DNA of 27,012 bases from Coleofasciculus chthonoplastes F2-STO-03 (GCA_040222015.1 JAVJWO010000205.1:1-27012), one strand, 5' to 3'. Positions 1 through 9,861 are shown, counted from the first letter of the stretch. Made by a program: numbers and translations. Notes: generated by a model not told the origin, from the letters alone.

Positions 1-140
1 CCCGACACCCGACACCCGACACCCGACACCCGACACCCGACACCCGACACCCGACACCCGACACCCGACACCCGACACCCGACACCCGACACCCGACACC
101 CGACACCCGACACCCGACACCCGACACCCGACACCCTACA
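1..140. repeat. Heptamer tandem repeat (CCCGACA)x19 + CCCTACA, STRR-like, truncated by window edge
   Basis: Perfect 7-bp periodicity read directly; ends 8 bp from the opcA stop. Confidence 0.97.
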
Positions 141-148
141 CCGAATCC

Positions 149-1516
149 CTAACTCTTGGCTTTCATAATCTGCCCAGTCACCGCCAGACTTTCTTCATAG
201 AGCAAATCGCGACTCCAACGTTGCAATTGCTGACTCAACAACTGCTCCGTTTTTTGGTCAAACATGGGAGTAACTTGCTGAATGCGGCACGATTGCGCCC
301 CGCCATGTGCCTCCATCCGCATACAACCTGTGGTTTCTGAACACAACACAGTGCAGCAGTCTGCATCCATATTTGTCGAACCCAAACGCAGGCTAATCAA
401 ATCTCCCGCCACTTCTCCCACATCAGCCGTGGGAATCCCAGCCAATTCAGCTTCTACAGGTTGATGTTCAGGAGTGGTGAATTTAACCCGTCGAATATCA
501 TATTCCCCGCCCTCTTTGGAATAGGAAACCGGACGCCACTGAAGGCGAGAAGCTAACCATCCCAGAAACATTAACGCTTGAGCTGGATTACCTTGCTCAT
601 AATCGATAGTAACTTGGTCAACCTCTTTGAGCGCAGAGCGGCGTTCTGGCGGATCAAATGCCTCAGCCGCCAATTCTTGCCATGAGGCTAACCGTTGCCA
701 ATTGAGATCAGCCATGGGGATGTCTTGGGTGATAAAGTCCTGTAGTCGCGCCAACGCCTCTTCTGGTTTTTGGAAGGCACTGGAATCCACAATCACGTTA
801 TTGCTAATTCCAGCCAGTCGTTTGAACAACCCATAATCTGGATCAGGGGTTCCCTTCCACCAAATAAATTGGGGTAGATCACTAATCATCAGTTCACAAA
901 TCATACCCCCGATGCGCTCTAAAGCTGCTGGTGTGCCACTCAAGGTAATGTATTCACAGCAAACCAGGGTACTTTGACTATGTTTTTGCATCGGACAAGA
1001 AGCAGAAACTTGAGCCGTCACCCCTTCATCTTCACCGACAATCGGACACAGGGCGATAATTCGACAAGGATTCGCCGCCGCGATCGCATCAGCAATTCCC
1101 GAACCTTCTATATCAGCTGAATAGGTTTGCCGTCTGGTTTGCCCATTTCCATTTATCTCTTGCTGATGCCGCTCATTATACTCTTCGCGCAGTTTCTCCT
1201 TGGTTTTGTCGTCTGCCTTACCTGTTCTCGGCAATCCATAAGTTTTCTGGGCAGCTTTGAGCGCCGCAAACATTCGCGGTCCGATAATTCCGTCAATGGG
1301 ACCTGAATAATATCCCAATGCGCTTAAAAGCAGTTGAGTTTCTTCAGGTTCGTAAACCACCAACGTAAACGTGGTTGCTCGTACAGCACTAGGAACATCC
1401 GTATTATTATCTGTCGTACTGTAGCTTTGCCAGATATGACGCAGTTCTTCCTCAATTTCACTTAAGGAAACGTCTTTAGGTGATTGTAGAGATAGGATTG
1501 GAGGAGATTGTACCAT
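149..1516 (-). CDS. opcA: Glucose-6-phosphate dehydrogenase assembly/activator protein OpcA with internal peptidoglycan-binding-like segment
   Basis: Follows zwf; motifs PCRIIAL, CCEYITL, DLPQFIWWKG, DLNWQRLASWQE. Start moved from 1549 (inside an STRR) to ATG 1516, preceded by GAAGGA. Confidence 0.93.
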   Translation of the reverse strand: MVQSPPILSLQSPKDVSLSEIEEELRHIWQSYSTTDNNTDVPSAVRATTFTLVVYEPEETQLLLSALGYYSGPIDGIIGPRMFAALKAAQKTYGLPRTGKADDKTKEKLREEYNERHQQEINGNGQTRRQTYSADIEGSGIADAIAAANPCRIIALCPIVGEDEGVTAQVSASCPMQKHSQSTLVCCEYITLSGTPAALERIGGMICELMISDLPQFIWWKGTPDPDYGLFKRLAGISNNVIVDSSAFQKPEEALARLQDFITQDIPMADLNWQRLASWQELAAEAFDPPERRSALKEVDQVTIDYEQGNPAQALMFLGWLASRLQWRPVSYSKEGGEYDIRRVKFTTPEHQPVEAELAGIPTADVGEVAGDLISLRLGSTNMDADCCTVLCSETTGCMRMEAHGGAQSCRIQQVTPMFDQKTEQLLSQQLQRWSRDLLYEESLAVTGQIMKAKS

Positions 1517-1541
1517 CGTTATTATCCTTCGTTTTTTGTTT

Positions 1542-1562
1542 TTGGTCATTGGTCATTGGTCA
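1542..1562. repeat. STRR (TTGGTCA)x3
   Basis: Direct reading; reverse complement of the AATGACC family at 18871. Confidence 0.85.
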
Positions 1563-1566
1563 TTTA

Positions 1567-1647
1567 GTCGGGGCGGGTGTAGGTGTAGGGTGCGTTAGCG
1601 AAGCGTAACGCACCATTTCAAAAGATAGTAGTGAAACCCGCCCCTAC
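1567..1647. repeat. GTAGGGGCGGG-type palindromic repeat with a GTAGGGTGCGTTA-type REP nested at 1585-1614
   Basis: Outer arms GTCGGGGCGGGT/ACCCGCCCCTAC match 3329-3394; inner GTAGGGTGCGTTAGCGAAGCGTAACGCACC matches the 6109-6586 elements. Confidence 0.8.
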
Positions 1648-1671
1648 AACTGTTATCACTCTACATGGCTT

Positions 1672-1738
1672 CCCCATCTTCCCCATCTTCCAGACGTTCC
1701 ACCGGAACGTCTCTACAACCCCATCTTCCCCATCTTCC
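1672..1738. repeat. (CCCCATCTT)n 9-mer repeat interrupted by a GTAGAGACG-type REP hairpin (1692-1716)
   Basis: Two 9-mer units on each side of AGACGTTCCACCGGAACGTCTCTAC. Confidence 0.8.
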
Positions 1739-1741
1739 TAA

Positions 1742-3271
1742 CTAAGGTCTACGCCAGCGGCGTCCATCCCGATTAATCAGGTGTTCCGCCTCCCTAGGTT
1801 CCCAAGTTCCGGCTTCGTATTGGGGGATCGTTCCGGGATCAGTGGGTGCTTCCCAAGCGGATAGGGCTGGGGTGATCACCCGCCAGGCTTCTTCCACTTC
1901 ATCGGCGCGGGTAAATAGGGTTTGATCTCCCAACATACAATCGAGTAATAATCGATTGTAGGCATCGGATGTCGCCATGCCAAAGGATGAGCCATAGCTA
2001 AAATCCATATCCACTGTGCGGGTACGAAGCTGCGGACCCGGCATTTTCGCCTCAAATCGCAGGGAAATGCCTTCATTGGGTTGAATCCGCATCGTCAGCA
2101 CATTGGGACTGGTTTGTTGGGCGGCGGATTGGAAAATCAGTAAGGGAACATCCCGAAACTGAATCGAAATCTCACTGACTTTCTTCGGTAACCGCTTCCC
2201 AGTCCGCAGGTAGAAGGGAACACCTTGCCAACGCCAGTTATCGATCATGAGTTTCATCGCCACGTAAGTGGGTGTGATGGAGTTGGGATCAACGCCTTCT
2301 TCTTCTCGATATCCTGATACTGCCTCTCCTTTCATCCAGCCTGCCTTGTACTGACCGCGAACCGCTGAACATTCTAAGTTATTAATATCGGCTAAATGTG
2401 TTGCCTGAACTACTTTTACCTTTTCAGTCCGGATACTATCCGCATCCAGGGAATTGGGTGGCTCCATTGCGGTTAAGCAAAAGAGTTGCATCAAATGGTT
2501 CTGCACCATATCCCGCAGCGCACCCGATGTTTCATAGTAACCCGCTCTATCTTCGACGCCCACGGTTTCGGCTACAGTAATCTGAACGTGATCGACAAAC
2601 TGGCGATTCCACAAGGGTTCAAAGATCGCGTTAGCAAAGCGGAAGACTAAGAGGTTCTGAACGGTTTCCTTCCCTAAGTAGTGATCAATGCGATAAACCT
2701 GTTCCTCACGACACACTTGCTGCACGACGCGGTTGAGAATTTGCGCTGAACTCAAATCTCGACCAAAGGGTTTTTCAATCACCAGGCGATGCTTAATTGG
2801 ATCATCCAGCATGTCGGCTGTTCCCAGTTGGCGGATGGCTTCGGGGAAAAACTTGGGTGCCACGGCGAGATAAAATACCCGATTTCCCCGGGTTCCCCGT
2901 TTACCATCCAGTTCTGCCAAAAATGCTTTCAATTTCTGATAACTGTCTGGTTTATCGATATTGCCGGGACAATAGAATAGCCCTTCGGCAAAATCATTCC
3001 ACAGTTCTTCAGAGTGAATTCCATCAGAAAACTCCTCAATCCCTTCCCGCATCTGTTCGCGAAAATAGTCATGACTCCATTCGCGACGAGCGACTCCCAC
3101 AATTGTTATTTCTGAAGGAAGTCGTCGTTGGCGTTTAAGCTGATACAGGGAGGGAACTAGCTTGCGTTGGGTCAGGTCTCCAGATGCGCCAAAAATCACT
3201 AAAATCAGCGGTTCTGGACTCCGTTCCTGTTGTAAACCAACGCGCAGGGGATTTTCTGTAAATGTCACCAT
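1742..3271 (-). CDS. zwf: Glucose-6-phosphate 1-dehydrogenase
   Basis: GASGDLT NADP-binding motif, [14 protein letters not shown] active-site signature; 509 aa. Confidence 0.99.
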   Translation of the reverse strand: MVTFTENPLRVGLQQERSPEPLILVIFGASGDLTQRKLVPSLYQLKRQRRLPSEITIVGVARREWSHDYFREQMREGIEEFSDGIHSEELWNDFAEGLFYCPGNIDKPDSYQKLKAFLAELDGKRGTRGNRVFYLAVAPKFFPEAIRQLGTADMLDDPIKHRLVIEKPFGRDLSSAQILNRVVQQVCREEQVYRIDHYLGKETVQNLLVFRFANAIFEPLWNRQFVDHVQITVAETVGVEDRAGYYETSGALRDMVQNHLMQLFCLTAMEPPNSLDADSIRTEKVKVVQATHLADINNLECSAVRGQYKAGWMKGEAVSGYREEEGVDPNSITPTYVAMKLMIDNWRWQGVPFYLRTGKRLPKKVSEISIQFRDVPLLIFQSAAQQTSPNVLTMRIQPNEGISLRFEAKMPGPQLRTRTVDMDFSYGSSFGMATSDAYNRLLLDCMLGDQTLFTRADEVEEAWRVITPALSAWEAPTDPGTIPQYEAGTWEPREAEHLINRDGRRWRRP

Positions 3272-3290
3272 TTCGAGTTTTGAGTTGAGT

Positions 3291-3489
3291 GTAGAGACGT
3301 GCCATGGCGCGTCTTGGGTTTTGAGTGTGTAGGGGCGGGTTTTACTATATCTCGTTTCTAGACCTCACCCGGATGTGACTCAACCCGCCCCGACCAAGTT
3401 TATACTATGGGTTATTGATTTACACGGTTCATTGGCAATTTCCCGTTTCATGCGCTACCTCGGTAAGGGCGCAAGGATGGTGCCCCTAC
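3291..3489. repeat. Cluster of GTAG-led palindromes (3291-3314, 3329-3394, 3466-3489) between tal and zwf
   Basis: GTAGAGACGTGCCATGGCGCGTCT; GTAGGGGCGGGTT...AACCCGCCCCGAC; minus-strand GTAGGGGCACCATCCTTGCGCCCT. Confidence 0.78.
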
Positions 3490-3520
3490 AGTAAGGGATA
3501 CCTCACGCCTTAGGGTATCG

Positions 3521-4678
3521 CTATACCGTTGCCAAGTCTTTGACCTTGCTATCCAGGGAGGACATTAAGGACTCAAAGGGCTTGACAAATTTGTCAATGC
3601 CTTCCTCTAGTAGTTCATCCATGACTTGATCCAGATCGATCGCGATATCGGGATCTTTGAGGTTTTCAATTAACTGATACGCCTTTTCCACATCGGTTTC
3701 AATCCGATTTTCCGGAGAACAGTGATCGGCACAGGCTTCGATAGTATTTGGGGGTAGGGTGTTGACCGTATTAGGACCAATCAACTCATCCACGTACATG
3801 ACATCGCTGTAGTCGGGATTTTTGGTGCTGGTACTTGCCCACAGGAGGCGCTGTACGTTGGCACCTTTAGCAGATAAGGCTTTCCAGCGATCGGTTTGAA
3901 TGACTTCTTTGAACTTCTGATAAGCGATTTTGGCATTCGCGATCGCGACTTTGCCTTTCACATCTTTTAGTTTTGCCTCTTTCTCGATCCGGTCAACCCC
4001 AGCTTCGAGTTTGGCGTCAATGGAGTCGTCGATTTTACTGTCAATCCGGCTGAGGAAGAAACTGGCAACGGAGGCAATTTTACTAATATCTTCTCCATTT
4101 TCTACCCGTTTTTCTAAGCCTCGGACATACGCCCAAGCGGTGTCAATGTAACTTGGGATGGAGAAGAGGAGGGTGACATTGACGTTAATCCCTTCACTAA
4201 TCACTTGCTCAAAAGCAGGTAAGCCTTCGGGAGTGCCGGGAATTTTAATCATCACATTTTCCCGACCAATAGCTTTATAATACCGACGGGCTTCATTAAT
4301 CGTACTTTCGGTATCTTTAGCGATGGTGGGAGGAACTTCGATACTGACGTAACCATCCAGTCCATCGGTTTGGTCATAAATCGGTTTGAGAACATCACAA
4401 GCATTACGAATATCGTCAAAGACGAGGGATTCATAAATCTCCTCTACCGATTTTTTTCCTTTAATCCCCGCTTCGATATCAGCATCATAAATTGCATTCC
4501 CGGCGATCGCTTTTTCAAAAATCGCTGGATTGGAGGTAATCCCGTGAACGCCGCGAGTTTCAATTAACTGCTTCAGTTCTCCAGATTCAAGGATACTCCG
4601 GCTAAGATTATCCATCCAGATACTCTGACCATAATTGTTTTCGATTTGGAAGATAGGATTATTGGCTGTTGCTGTCAT
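3521..4678 (-). CDS. tal: Transaldolase (long cyanobacterial/actinobacterial type)
   Basis: SIWMDNL, GITSNPAIF, VMIKIPGT (Schiff-base Lys), NVTLLFS, RLLWASTSTKNP. Confidence 0.98.
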   Translation of the reverse strand: MTATANNPIFQIENNYGQSIWMDNLSRSILESGELKQLIETRGVHGITSNPAIFEKAIAGNAIYDADIEAGIKGKKSVEEIYESLVFDDIRNACDVLKPIYDQTDGLDGYVSIEVPPTIAKDTESTINEARRYYKAIGRENVMIKIPGTPEGLPAFEQVISEGINVNVTLLFSIPSYIDTAWAYVRGLEKRVENGEDISKIASVASFFLSRIDSKIDDSIDAKLEAGVDRIEKEAKLKDVKGKVAIANAKIAYQKFKEVIQTDRWKALSAKGANVQRLLWASTSTKNPDYSDVMYVDELIGPNTVNTLPPNTIEACADHCSPENRIETDVEKAYQLIENLKDPDIAIDLDQVMDELLEEGIDKFVKPFESLMSSLDSKVKDLATV

Positions 4679-4780
4679 GCTTAAACTCCTAAGTTAGGGT
4701 ATAGATTACTATTCGTCTGGATTCAAGAACATATCCCTGGGTTAAGGAACCTTGAATCATCTGTTACGATTGATACTAGG

Positions 4781-5845
4781 CTAAGAACGAGACGCGATCG
4801 CTTCTTTGGATTCTCGCGCTCTTTCTTGAATAAAGGACTCCACTAACGCCACATCCTCTTTACTCCCGATAATCAACGGTGTGCGCGTATGAAGTTTTTC
4901 TGGCACCACATCCATCAGGTTTTGGGTGCCGGTACTGGCTCGACCCCCAGCTTGTTCTATTAAAAAGGCTAAGGGCGCGGTTTCATAGAGTAGACGCAAC
5001 TTCCCTTCCGGTTTTTTCACGGTACCGGGATAAATAAATACGCCCCCTTGACACAAAATCCGATGGAAATCTCCCACTAAAGCTCCACTATAGCGAGCCG
5101 TATACCCTTCATGGCGATGGACGTAGCGAATATAGTCGCGAATCGATTCATCCCATTGCCAGAAGTTCCCTTCATTGACACTATAAACCGGTCCATGATC
5201 TGGCACTTGCATATTTTCCTGGGACAGAATAAACTCACCCAAGCTGGGATCAAGGGTAAACGCATGAACCCCAGTGCCAATGGAGTAGACCAGCATTGTA
5301 CTCGGTCCATAGATCACATAGCCGGCGGCGATTTGTTGGTGTCCATCTTGCAACAGATCCGTGGCTTCGCCGTCGATATCGTCGCCTTGTTGCCGACGAA
5401 TCGCAAAAATTGAGCCGATATTCAAGTTAATATCAACATTCGAGGAGCCGTCAATCGGATCATAGATCAGGGAATAACGACCAATCGGGCAGTTTTCGGG
5501 AATGTAGTAGGGTTTTTCCATTTCCTCGGATGCCAAGCGGCAAACGAGTCCACTTTGTTTAAAGACCGAGATAAATACATCATTAGCATAAGCATCCATC
5601 TTTTTGACGGATTCGCCCTGCACATTCACATTCCCGGTAAATCCCAATGCACCTTCAACCAAATCAGCGCGACTCAACCGTCGGGAAATAATTTTGGCGG
5701 CTAAGGCAATACGATTCATTAAGGCACTGAGATCTTGGGCATCAGCACTGAAACTCTTAAGCTGTTGCAGAACGTGACGGGATAGCGTGGTACAATCCCG
5801 ATCCAGAGAATGCTCTTCCACTAAAGACCGCTCGACATCTGCCAT
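4781..5845 (-). CDS. fbp: Fructose-1,6-bisphosphatase class 1
   Basis: DPIDGSSN metal motif, [29 protein letters not shown] upstream. Confidence 0.98.
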   Translation of the reverse strand: MADVERSLVEEHSLDRDCTTLSRHVLQQLKSFSADAQDLSALMNRIALAAKIISRRLSRADLVEGALGFTGNVNVQGESVKKMDAYANDVFISVFKQSGLVCRLASEEMEKPYYIPENCPIGRYSLIYDPIDGSSNVDINLNIGSIFAIRRQQGDDIDGEATDLLQDGHQQIAAGYVIYGPSTMLVYSIGTGVHAFTLDPSLGEFILSQENMQVPDHGPVYSVNEGNFWQWDESIRDYIRYVHRHEGYTARYSGALVGDFHRILCQGGVFIYPGTVKKPEGKLRLLYETAPLAFLIEQAGGRASTGTQNLMDVVPEKLHTRTPLIIGSKEDVALVESFIQERARESKEAIASRS

Positions 5846-6108
5846 ATTCTTTCCTCCTTATCGGTCACGCTGTTGGTAAGCGAGGGTACATCGGTGAAGC
5901 CCTGATACCAATCCTGGCATGGTAGTCTTTTCCACTTTACTCCCTATCTTAGAGAGGCGTTGACCAACAAACGTCTTACTTTAGAGGAATTTTGACATCT
6001 TTTCCGGTTGGATGGGGGGGTCAGTTGTTCAGATTGCATAGAAATGATGCCAAATTCAGGTTACTCAAGCCGTGCGATCGCCGTAAAGCCCGTTCCTTCG
6101 TAGTATTC

Positions 6109-6296
6109 GTAGGGTGCGTTAGGCGCATTGGAGGATTAACTTTGATTATCTCAACACCTAAGTGCGCCGTAACGCACCATGTTACGGTTCAGATAGTGAG
6201 GATTAACTTTGATTATCTCAACACCTAAGTGCGCCGTAACGCACCATGTTGCGGTTCAGATAGTTCGGTGCGTTACGCTGCGCTAACGCACCCTAC
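6109..6296. repeat. REP-doublet (REPIN-like) element, copy 1, with internal 67-bp tandem duplication (6131-6197/6198-6264)
   Basis: Starts GTAGGGTGCGTTAG, ends CTAACGCACCCTAC (inverted); equals copy 2 plus 67 bp. Confidence 0.85.
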
Positions 6297-6317
6297 GGTT
6301 TGAGACAATTTTGGGAT

Positions 6318-6457
6318 TTAATCCCACTCCCCTTGTAACGTAAACGCTGCCCAATAATAGGGAGATTTCCATTGAGTTTCCCGTTGCATTTGTAACTGGG
6401 TTTCCCGCAACGCTTGGGCAGGTTTCAACCCATCATTCAACATTAAACCGTAAAATC
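6318..6457 (-). pseudogene. Orphan 3' fragment of a CHAT-domain gene
   Basis: Translates FYGLMLNDGLKPAQALRETQLQMQRETQWKSPYYWAAFTLQGEWD*; 10 mismatches in 140 bp versus 6608-6747. Confidence 0.9.
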
Positions 6458-6465
6458 AAGTATTC

Positions 6466-6586
6466 GTAGGGTGCGTTAGGCGCATTGGAGAATTAACGTT
6501 TATCATCTCAACACCTAAGTGCGCCGTAACGCACCATGTTACGGTTCAGATAGTTCGGTGCGTTACGCTGCGCTAACACACCCTAC
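6466..6586. repeat. REP-doublet (REPIN-like) element, copy 2 (121 bp)
   Basis: Near-identical to 6109-6296 without the 67-bp duplication. Confidence 0.85.
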
Positions 6587-6607
6587 GGTTTGAGACAATT
6601 TTGAAAC

Positions 6608-7560
6608 TTAATTCCACTCGCCTTGTAATGTAAACGCTGCCCAATAATAGGGAGATTTCCATTGAGTTTCCCGTTGCATTTGTAACTGAGTTTCTCGCAA
6701 CGCTTGGGCAGGTTTTAACCCATCATTCAACATTAACTGATAAAATCGAGTCATAAACTCCGCCGTTGCTGCATCATCCACATTCCACAAACTCACCACT
6801 AAACGCGGCGCCCCCGCATACATAAACCCTCGCGTCAAACCCACTAATCCTTCGCCTCGAATTTCTTCTCCTAATCCCGTTTGACAAGCACTTAATACCA
6901 CTAATTCCGCTGGCAGATTCAGGTTAAAGATATCATGGAGGCGCAAGAAGCCATTTTGGGAATTCCCTTGTTTATCCACTAACGATAACACCACACCCGA
7001 TAATTCGGGCGCTTCACTATTGAGAATACCGTGAGTGGCTAAATGAATGATTTGATAATCTCTCAGTTGGGGATTGTCGATAAAGTCACGATTGGCATCA
7101 AAGTCAAAGGCGTTAAATTGGGTAGCTGATGCGACTAAATTGAGAATTGCTTCCGCTTCAGTGCGCGTTCCAGGAAGGCGACTTAAGTTAATCTCAGAAA
7201 TGCGAACAGAACGGTTGAGTAAGAGTTGGTTTAAATCCGGTTCTGTGCCTCGGTTGGAGGCAGTTTTGAGGCGGTTATCAGTGATTCGGCTGTCCCTTGT
7301 TCAAACAGTTGCTCTCCCTCATGAGTCAGTCTTTCAGCTTCAGCGCGTTTGTCGGTTTGGGCGATCTTTGTCGGCGCTATCTCTCCAGCGCGTTTTGGTA
7401 GGGATAACCCCTGATCTTGTCCCACAGCAACTATGAAAACGCTGCTGAAGATAGTGATTACAGCATGGCAAGAATAAACCAACCATTGCCGAGACGTTAA
7501 GGTTGGCTTGAGAAAATAGGTTTGACGTTTTTCGGTTGGCTGTTGTTGTTGGTAATGCAT
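6608..7560 (-). pseudogene. TPR-CHAT (caspase-like HetF/CHAT) gene with large internal deletion and frameshift at about 7280
   Basis: Frame open 6608-7300 encodes a CHAT domain (RLPGTRTEAEAI, IIHLATHG, VVLSACQTGLG, SLWNVDD, PYYWAAF). A different frame (7560 to about 7283) encodes a hydrophobic leader and a TPR-like start AERLTHEGEQLFEQGTAESL. Confidence 0.82.
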
Positions 7561-7643
7561 CCGTTTACCTTCAGTTTGAGATCGAGTGGTGGGACATTTG
7601 CCCCTTACCCCCCTTTATGTCTTACGAGGTTGAGGTTATGCAA

Positions 7644-7673
7644 TGTAGAGACGCGCCATGGCGCGTCTCTACA
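7644..7673. repeat. Perfect 30-bp palindrome TGTAGAGACGCGCCATGGCGCGTCTCTACA (GTAG REP/SDR type)
   Basis: Direct reading; 30 bp past the stop of the 360-aa gene. Confidence 0.92.
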
Positions 7674-7702
7674 CGCCATTTCCCTTTGCCCAGGATTTAT
7701 CC

Positions 7703-8785
7703 CTACCTGCCAAACCGTTCCAATAATTCCTCACGAGAACGAGTCAACAGCAAAGGAGTCAACTGTTGATGGGGTAACTGTAACATGGCTGCGATTTTGT
7801 CGGCTAATTCTGCATCAACCTCACCAAACCGCACTCTCAGCAGGTTCTCCACCTTTTCTCGCTTCCCTTCGCCTAATCTCAAATCTTGCCCAGAACCCTC
7901 GCCAAACCACAGTAATAACTCCTGCTTAGAAAGGCTAAACAGTAGACGAGTCAACACCTCTGGCGGTAACTGTAACATCGGTGCGATGATCGCTTCTAAT
8001 TCTTCATCCAGTTCCCCAAACCGCACTCTGAGAGAGTTTTCCACGATTTGCCGCCGTTCTTCCAGCTTGCCTTCTAAGACAGCCTCTTCCCGCCATTTAA
8101 CATAAGCTGGTGATAAGTTCATAATTAACTCCCTATCTGCATTACTTAACCTTTCACTCCTGCCCACATTAATGCGCCAGTTGGCTAGTATTTCTAGGAT
8201 ATTGCGCCGTTGTGGGTTCTCTTGGGGTAACCCGATTAACTCATCAATTGCTTGTTGCTGTGTTCTCCTTTTTCCTAAAACTCTTAACCAAAGTGTATCT
8301 TGATTTATGGGTAATTGGTTAATTGCGACTAATGCTGTTCTTTGAAACTCCGGTAAGAAGTAAACGCCTTCTCCCCAATTCTCCGACTGATTCAGCTTGG
8401 CACAAAACCCGTCAAGTAACCTTTGAGAACAAGAGGGGGACAGTATCCATAAACGGGGTGACTCATCTTCTGATAGAGAACGTCTCTCCCGTCGCGCCTT
8501 GCGTAAGAGTTCAGCTTCCACAGAATACAATTTCAACATGCAACTTCGCACTTCTACTGGCGTAGGTGCATTGCGAAACGGTTCAAATAAACAAGTGGTT
8601 GCTGCCATTTTACCCAGTAATCCTAAAGTCTCGAATTCTGGAGAAGGTGAAGGCGCAGGTATAAACCAAACATCAATCTGGCGAACTTCGCTGGGTACAT
8701 CGCGGCTGGTTTCTACTGTACCCAGAGGGGCTAATAATTCTTCCAGATACTGCTTGGCAAATTGGTCGTGGGGTTGTCGTGTCAT
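7703..8785 (-). CDS. Cyanobacterial Rpn/YhgA-like PD-(D/E)XK-fold protein with tandemly duplicated C-terminal helical (DUF4351-like) module
   Basis: N-terminal HDQFAKQYL, EVRQIDVWF, LFEPFR pattern; two copies of VENxLRVRFGExDxEL...MLQLP...ELL, 64 aa apart. Family call from motif memory. Confidence 0.7.
   Translation of the reverse strand: MTRQPHDQFAKQYLEELLAPLGTVETSRDVPSEVRQIDVWFIPAPSPSPEFETLGLLGKMAATTCLFEPFRNAPTPVEVRSCMLKLYSVEAELLRKARRERRSLSEDESPRLWILSPSCSQRLLDGFCAKLNQSENWGEGVYFLPEFQRTALVAINQLPINQDTLWLRVLGKRRTQQQAIDELIGLPQENPQRRNILEILANWRINVGRSERLSNADRELIMNLSPAYVKWREEAVLEGKLEERRQIVENSLRVRFGELDEELEAIIAPMLQLPPEVLTRLLFSLSKQELLLWFGEGSGQDLRLGEGKREKVENLLRVRFGEVDAELADKIAAMLQLPHQQLTPLLLTRSREELLERFGR
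8123..8134 (-). promoter_or_regulatory. Candidate internal ribosome-binding site (AGGGAG) 6 nt before in-frame ATG at 8122
   Basis: Minus strand reads GATAGGGAGTTAATTATGAAC. Confidence 0.55.
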
Positions 8786-9206
8786 TGGTTAGGGAACAAG
8801 CAATGGAACCCTAGGGAAATTTTTACTCCTATTTCGGCAGAAGACTCTGTAATTTAAATCTAGTACCGCTAGGTGTTTCCCTATTCACACCAGCTTATCG
8901 GCACAAGGGAACCCAAAGAAATTCAAATTAATAAACCCCAACCCACAACTCATGAGTTGTTTTTATCGCCCCTAAAACTACTCTGATTACTCCTCACCAG
9001 AACAAATGACAGCAAAGGCATCAACGCTTGAGGTGATAAGCGTAAAATTGGTGCGATCGCGCTAGTTAACAACGTTTCCAGTCAGGCTTGCATCCCGCAT
9101 TCCACCCTTGTTGCCATCCCTTGAGACCGGAATACTCGAAAATTGCCTTATCAAAAAAATACTAAATAGTATAACCTATTCTCATACGTCTATCTTACGA
9201 ACTGCT

Positions 9207-9485
9207 ATGCCTCCTCGTTGGTCCCGCAAACCTGATCGTCGCGATGCTGCGTATCGACGCCTAGATGACCGAATGAACTTTGCTGTCCATGTCGCTGTGT
9301 TTGCGGCGTGTAATTCGGGTCTATGGTTTGTCCGTACTATCCAGTATGCTAATTGGACTTGGACGTATTGGGTAACGGGTATCTGGGGATTAATTTTAGT
9401 CGGACACGCCGTTTACATCTTTGCGATCGCGGATTATACTCCTTTACCGGGTCAAGATAATTCAGCTAACTCTGCTCAAGGATAA
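9207..9485 (+). CDS. 2TM-domain small membrane protein
   Basis: MPPRWSRKPDR...FAVHVAVFAACNSGLWF...WGLILVGH, two hydrophobic helices. ATG 9207 preferred over TTG 9108. Confidence 0.82.
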   Translation: MPPRWSRKPDRRDAAYRRLDDRMNFAVHVAVFAACNSGLWFVRTIQYANWTWTYWVTGIWGLILVGHAVYIFAIADYTPLPGQDNSANSAQG

Positions 9486-9520
9486 ACTGAGAATGTCCAG
9501 TTCGTCCTACTCAATTTATT

Positions 9521-9829
9521 ATGGCTAACCCGAATACCAGCGAAGCGATCGAAACTTTGGCGGCTGAAATTGGTGAGAATATATACATCGATGTTGCCAA
9601 ATGGCATCTTTACTTACAGGATGCCCATTTACACACCCCTTTAGCTGAACGTCTCTATCCCCTACTGACAGAGGATAACCTCTCCGAAGACCGAGTGGTG
9701 CAAATCTTACAAAGTATTCCGATTAAACTGGGGGGTGGCAAACGGGAAGTTCCCCTCGTGGATTTACTACCGATGCAGTGTCAGGTTAATCTGCTGGATT
9801 TACTCGAAGAGTTTCAACGCAAAATGTAA
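9521..9829 (+). CDS. DUF3181-family cyanobacterial protein
   Basis: LAAEIGENIYIDVAKWHLYL and IKLGGGK motifs. Confidence 0.8.
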   Translation: MANPNTSEAIETLAAEIGENIYIDVAKWHLYLQDAHLHTPLAERLYPLLTEDNLSEDRVVQILQSIPIKLGGGKREVPLVDLLPMQCQVNLLDLLEEFQRKM

Positions 9830-9861
9830 CTAGCAAAACAATTGATCGCTCAATACGAGGT

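Noticed and set aside
4679..6000. NtcA box (GTA-N8-TAC) upstream of tal or fbp
   Set aside because: No correctly spaced match was seen by eye in the intergenic regions.
5992..6228. 78-aa ORF
   Set aside because: TTG start and runs through the REP doublet; no recognisable motifs.
6109..6586. CRISPR array
   Set aside because: The sequences between repeats are themselves repeated, spacing is irregular and there are no cas genes. REP doublets plus a 67-bp duplication explain it.
6318..6747. DGR template/variable repeat pair at a gene 3' end
   Set aside because: Only 5 of 10 mismatches involve a coding-strand A, and those are in the gene copy. Most changes are synonymous, the target is CHAT rather than a C-type lectin fold, and no reverse transcriptase is in the window.
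6608..6994. Stand-alone 128-aa CHAT protein as given in the ORF track
   Set aside because: Starts after the catalytic His motif; CHAT homology continues upstream in frame to about 7282, so it is part of a broken larger gene.
7074..8792. Plus-strand ORFs 7074-7436, 7522-7929, 7536-7769, 7785-8105, 8323-8565, 8499-8792
   Set aside because: Antisense shadows of the CHAT pseudogene and Rpn-like gene, or read-through of a palindrome.
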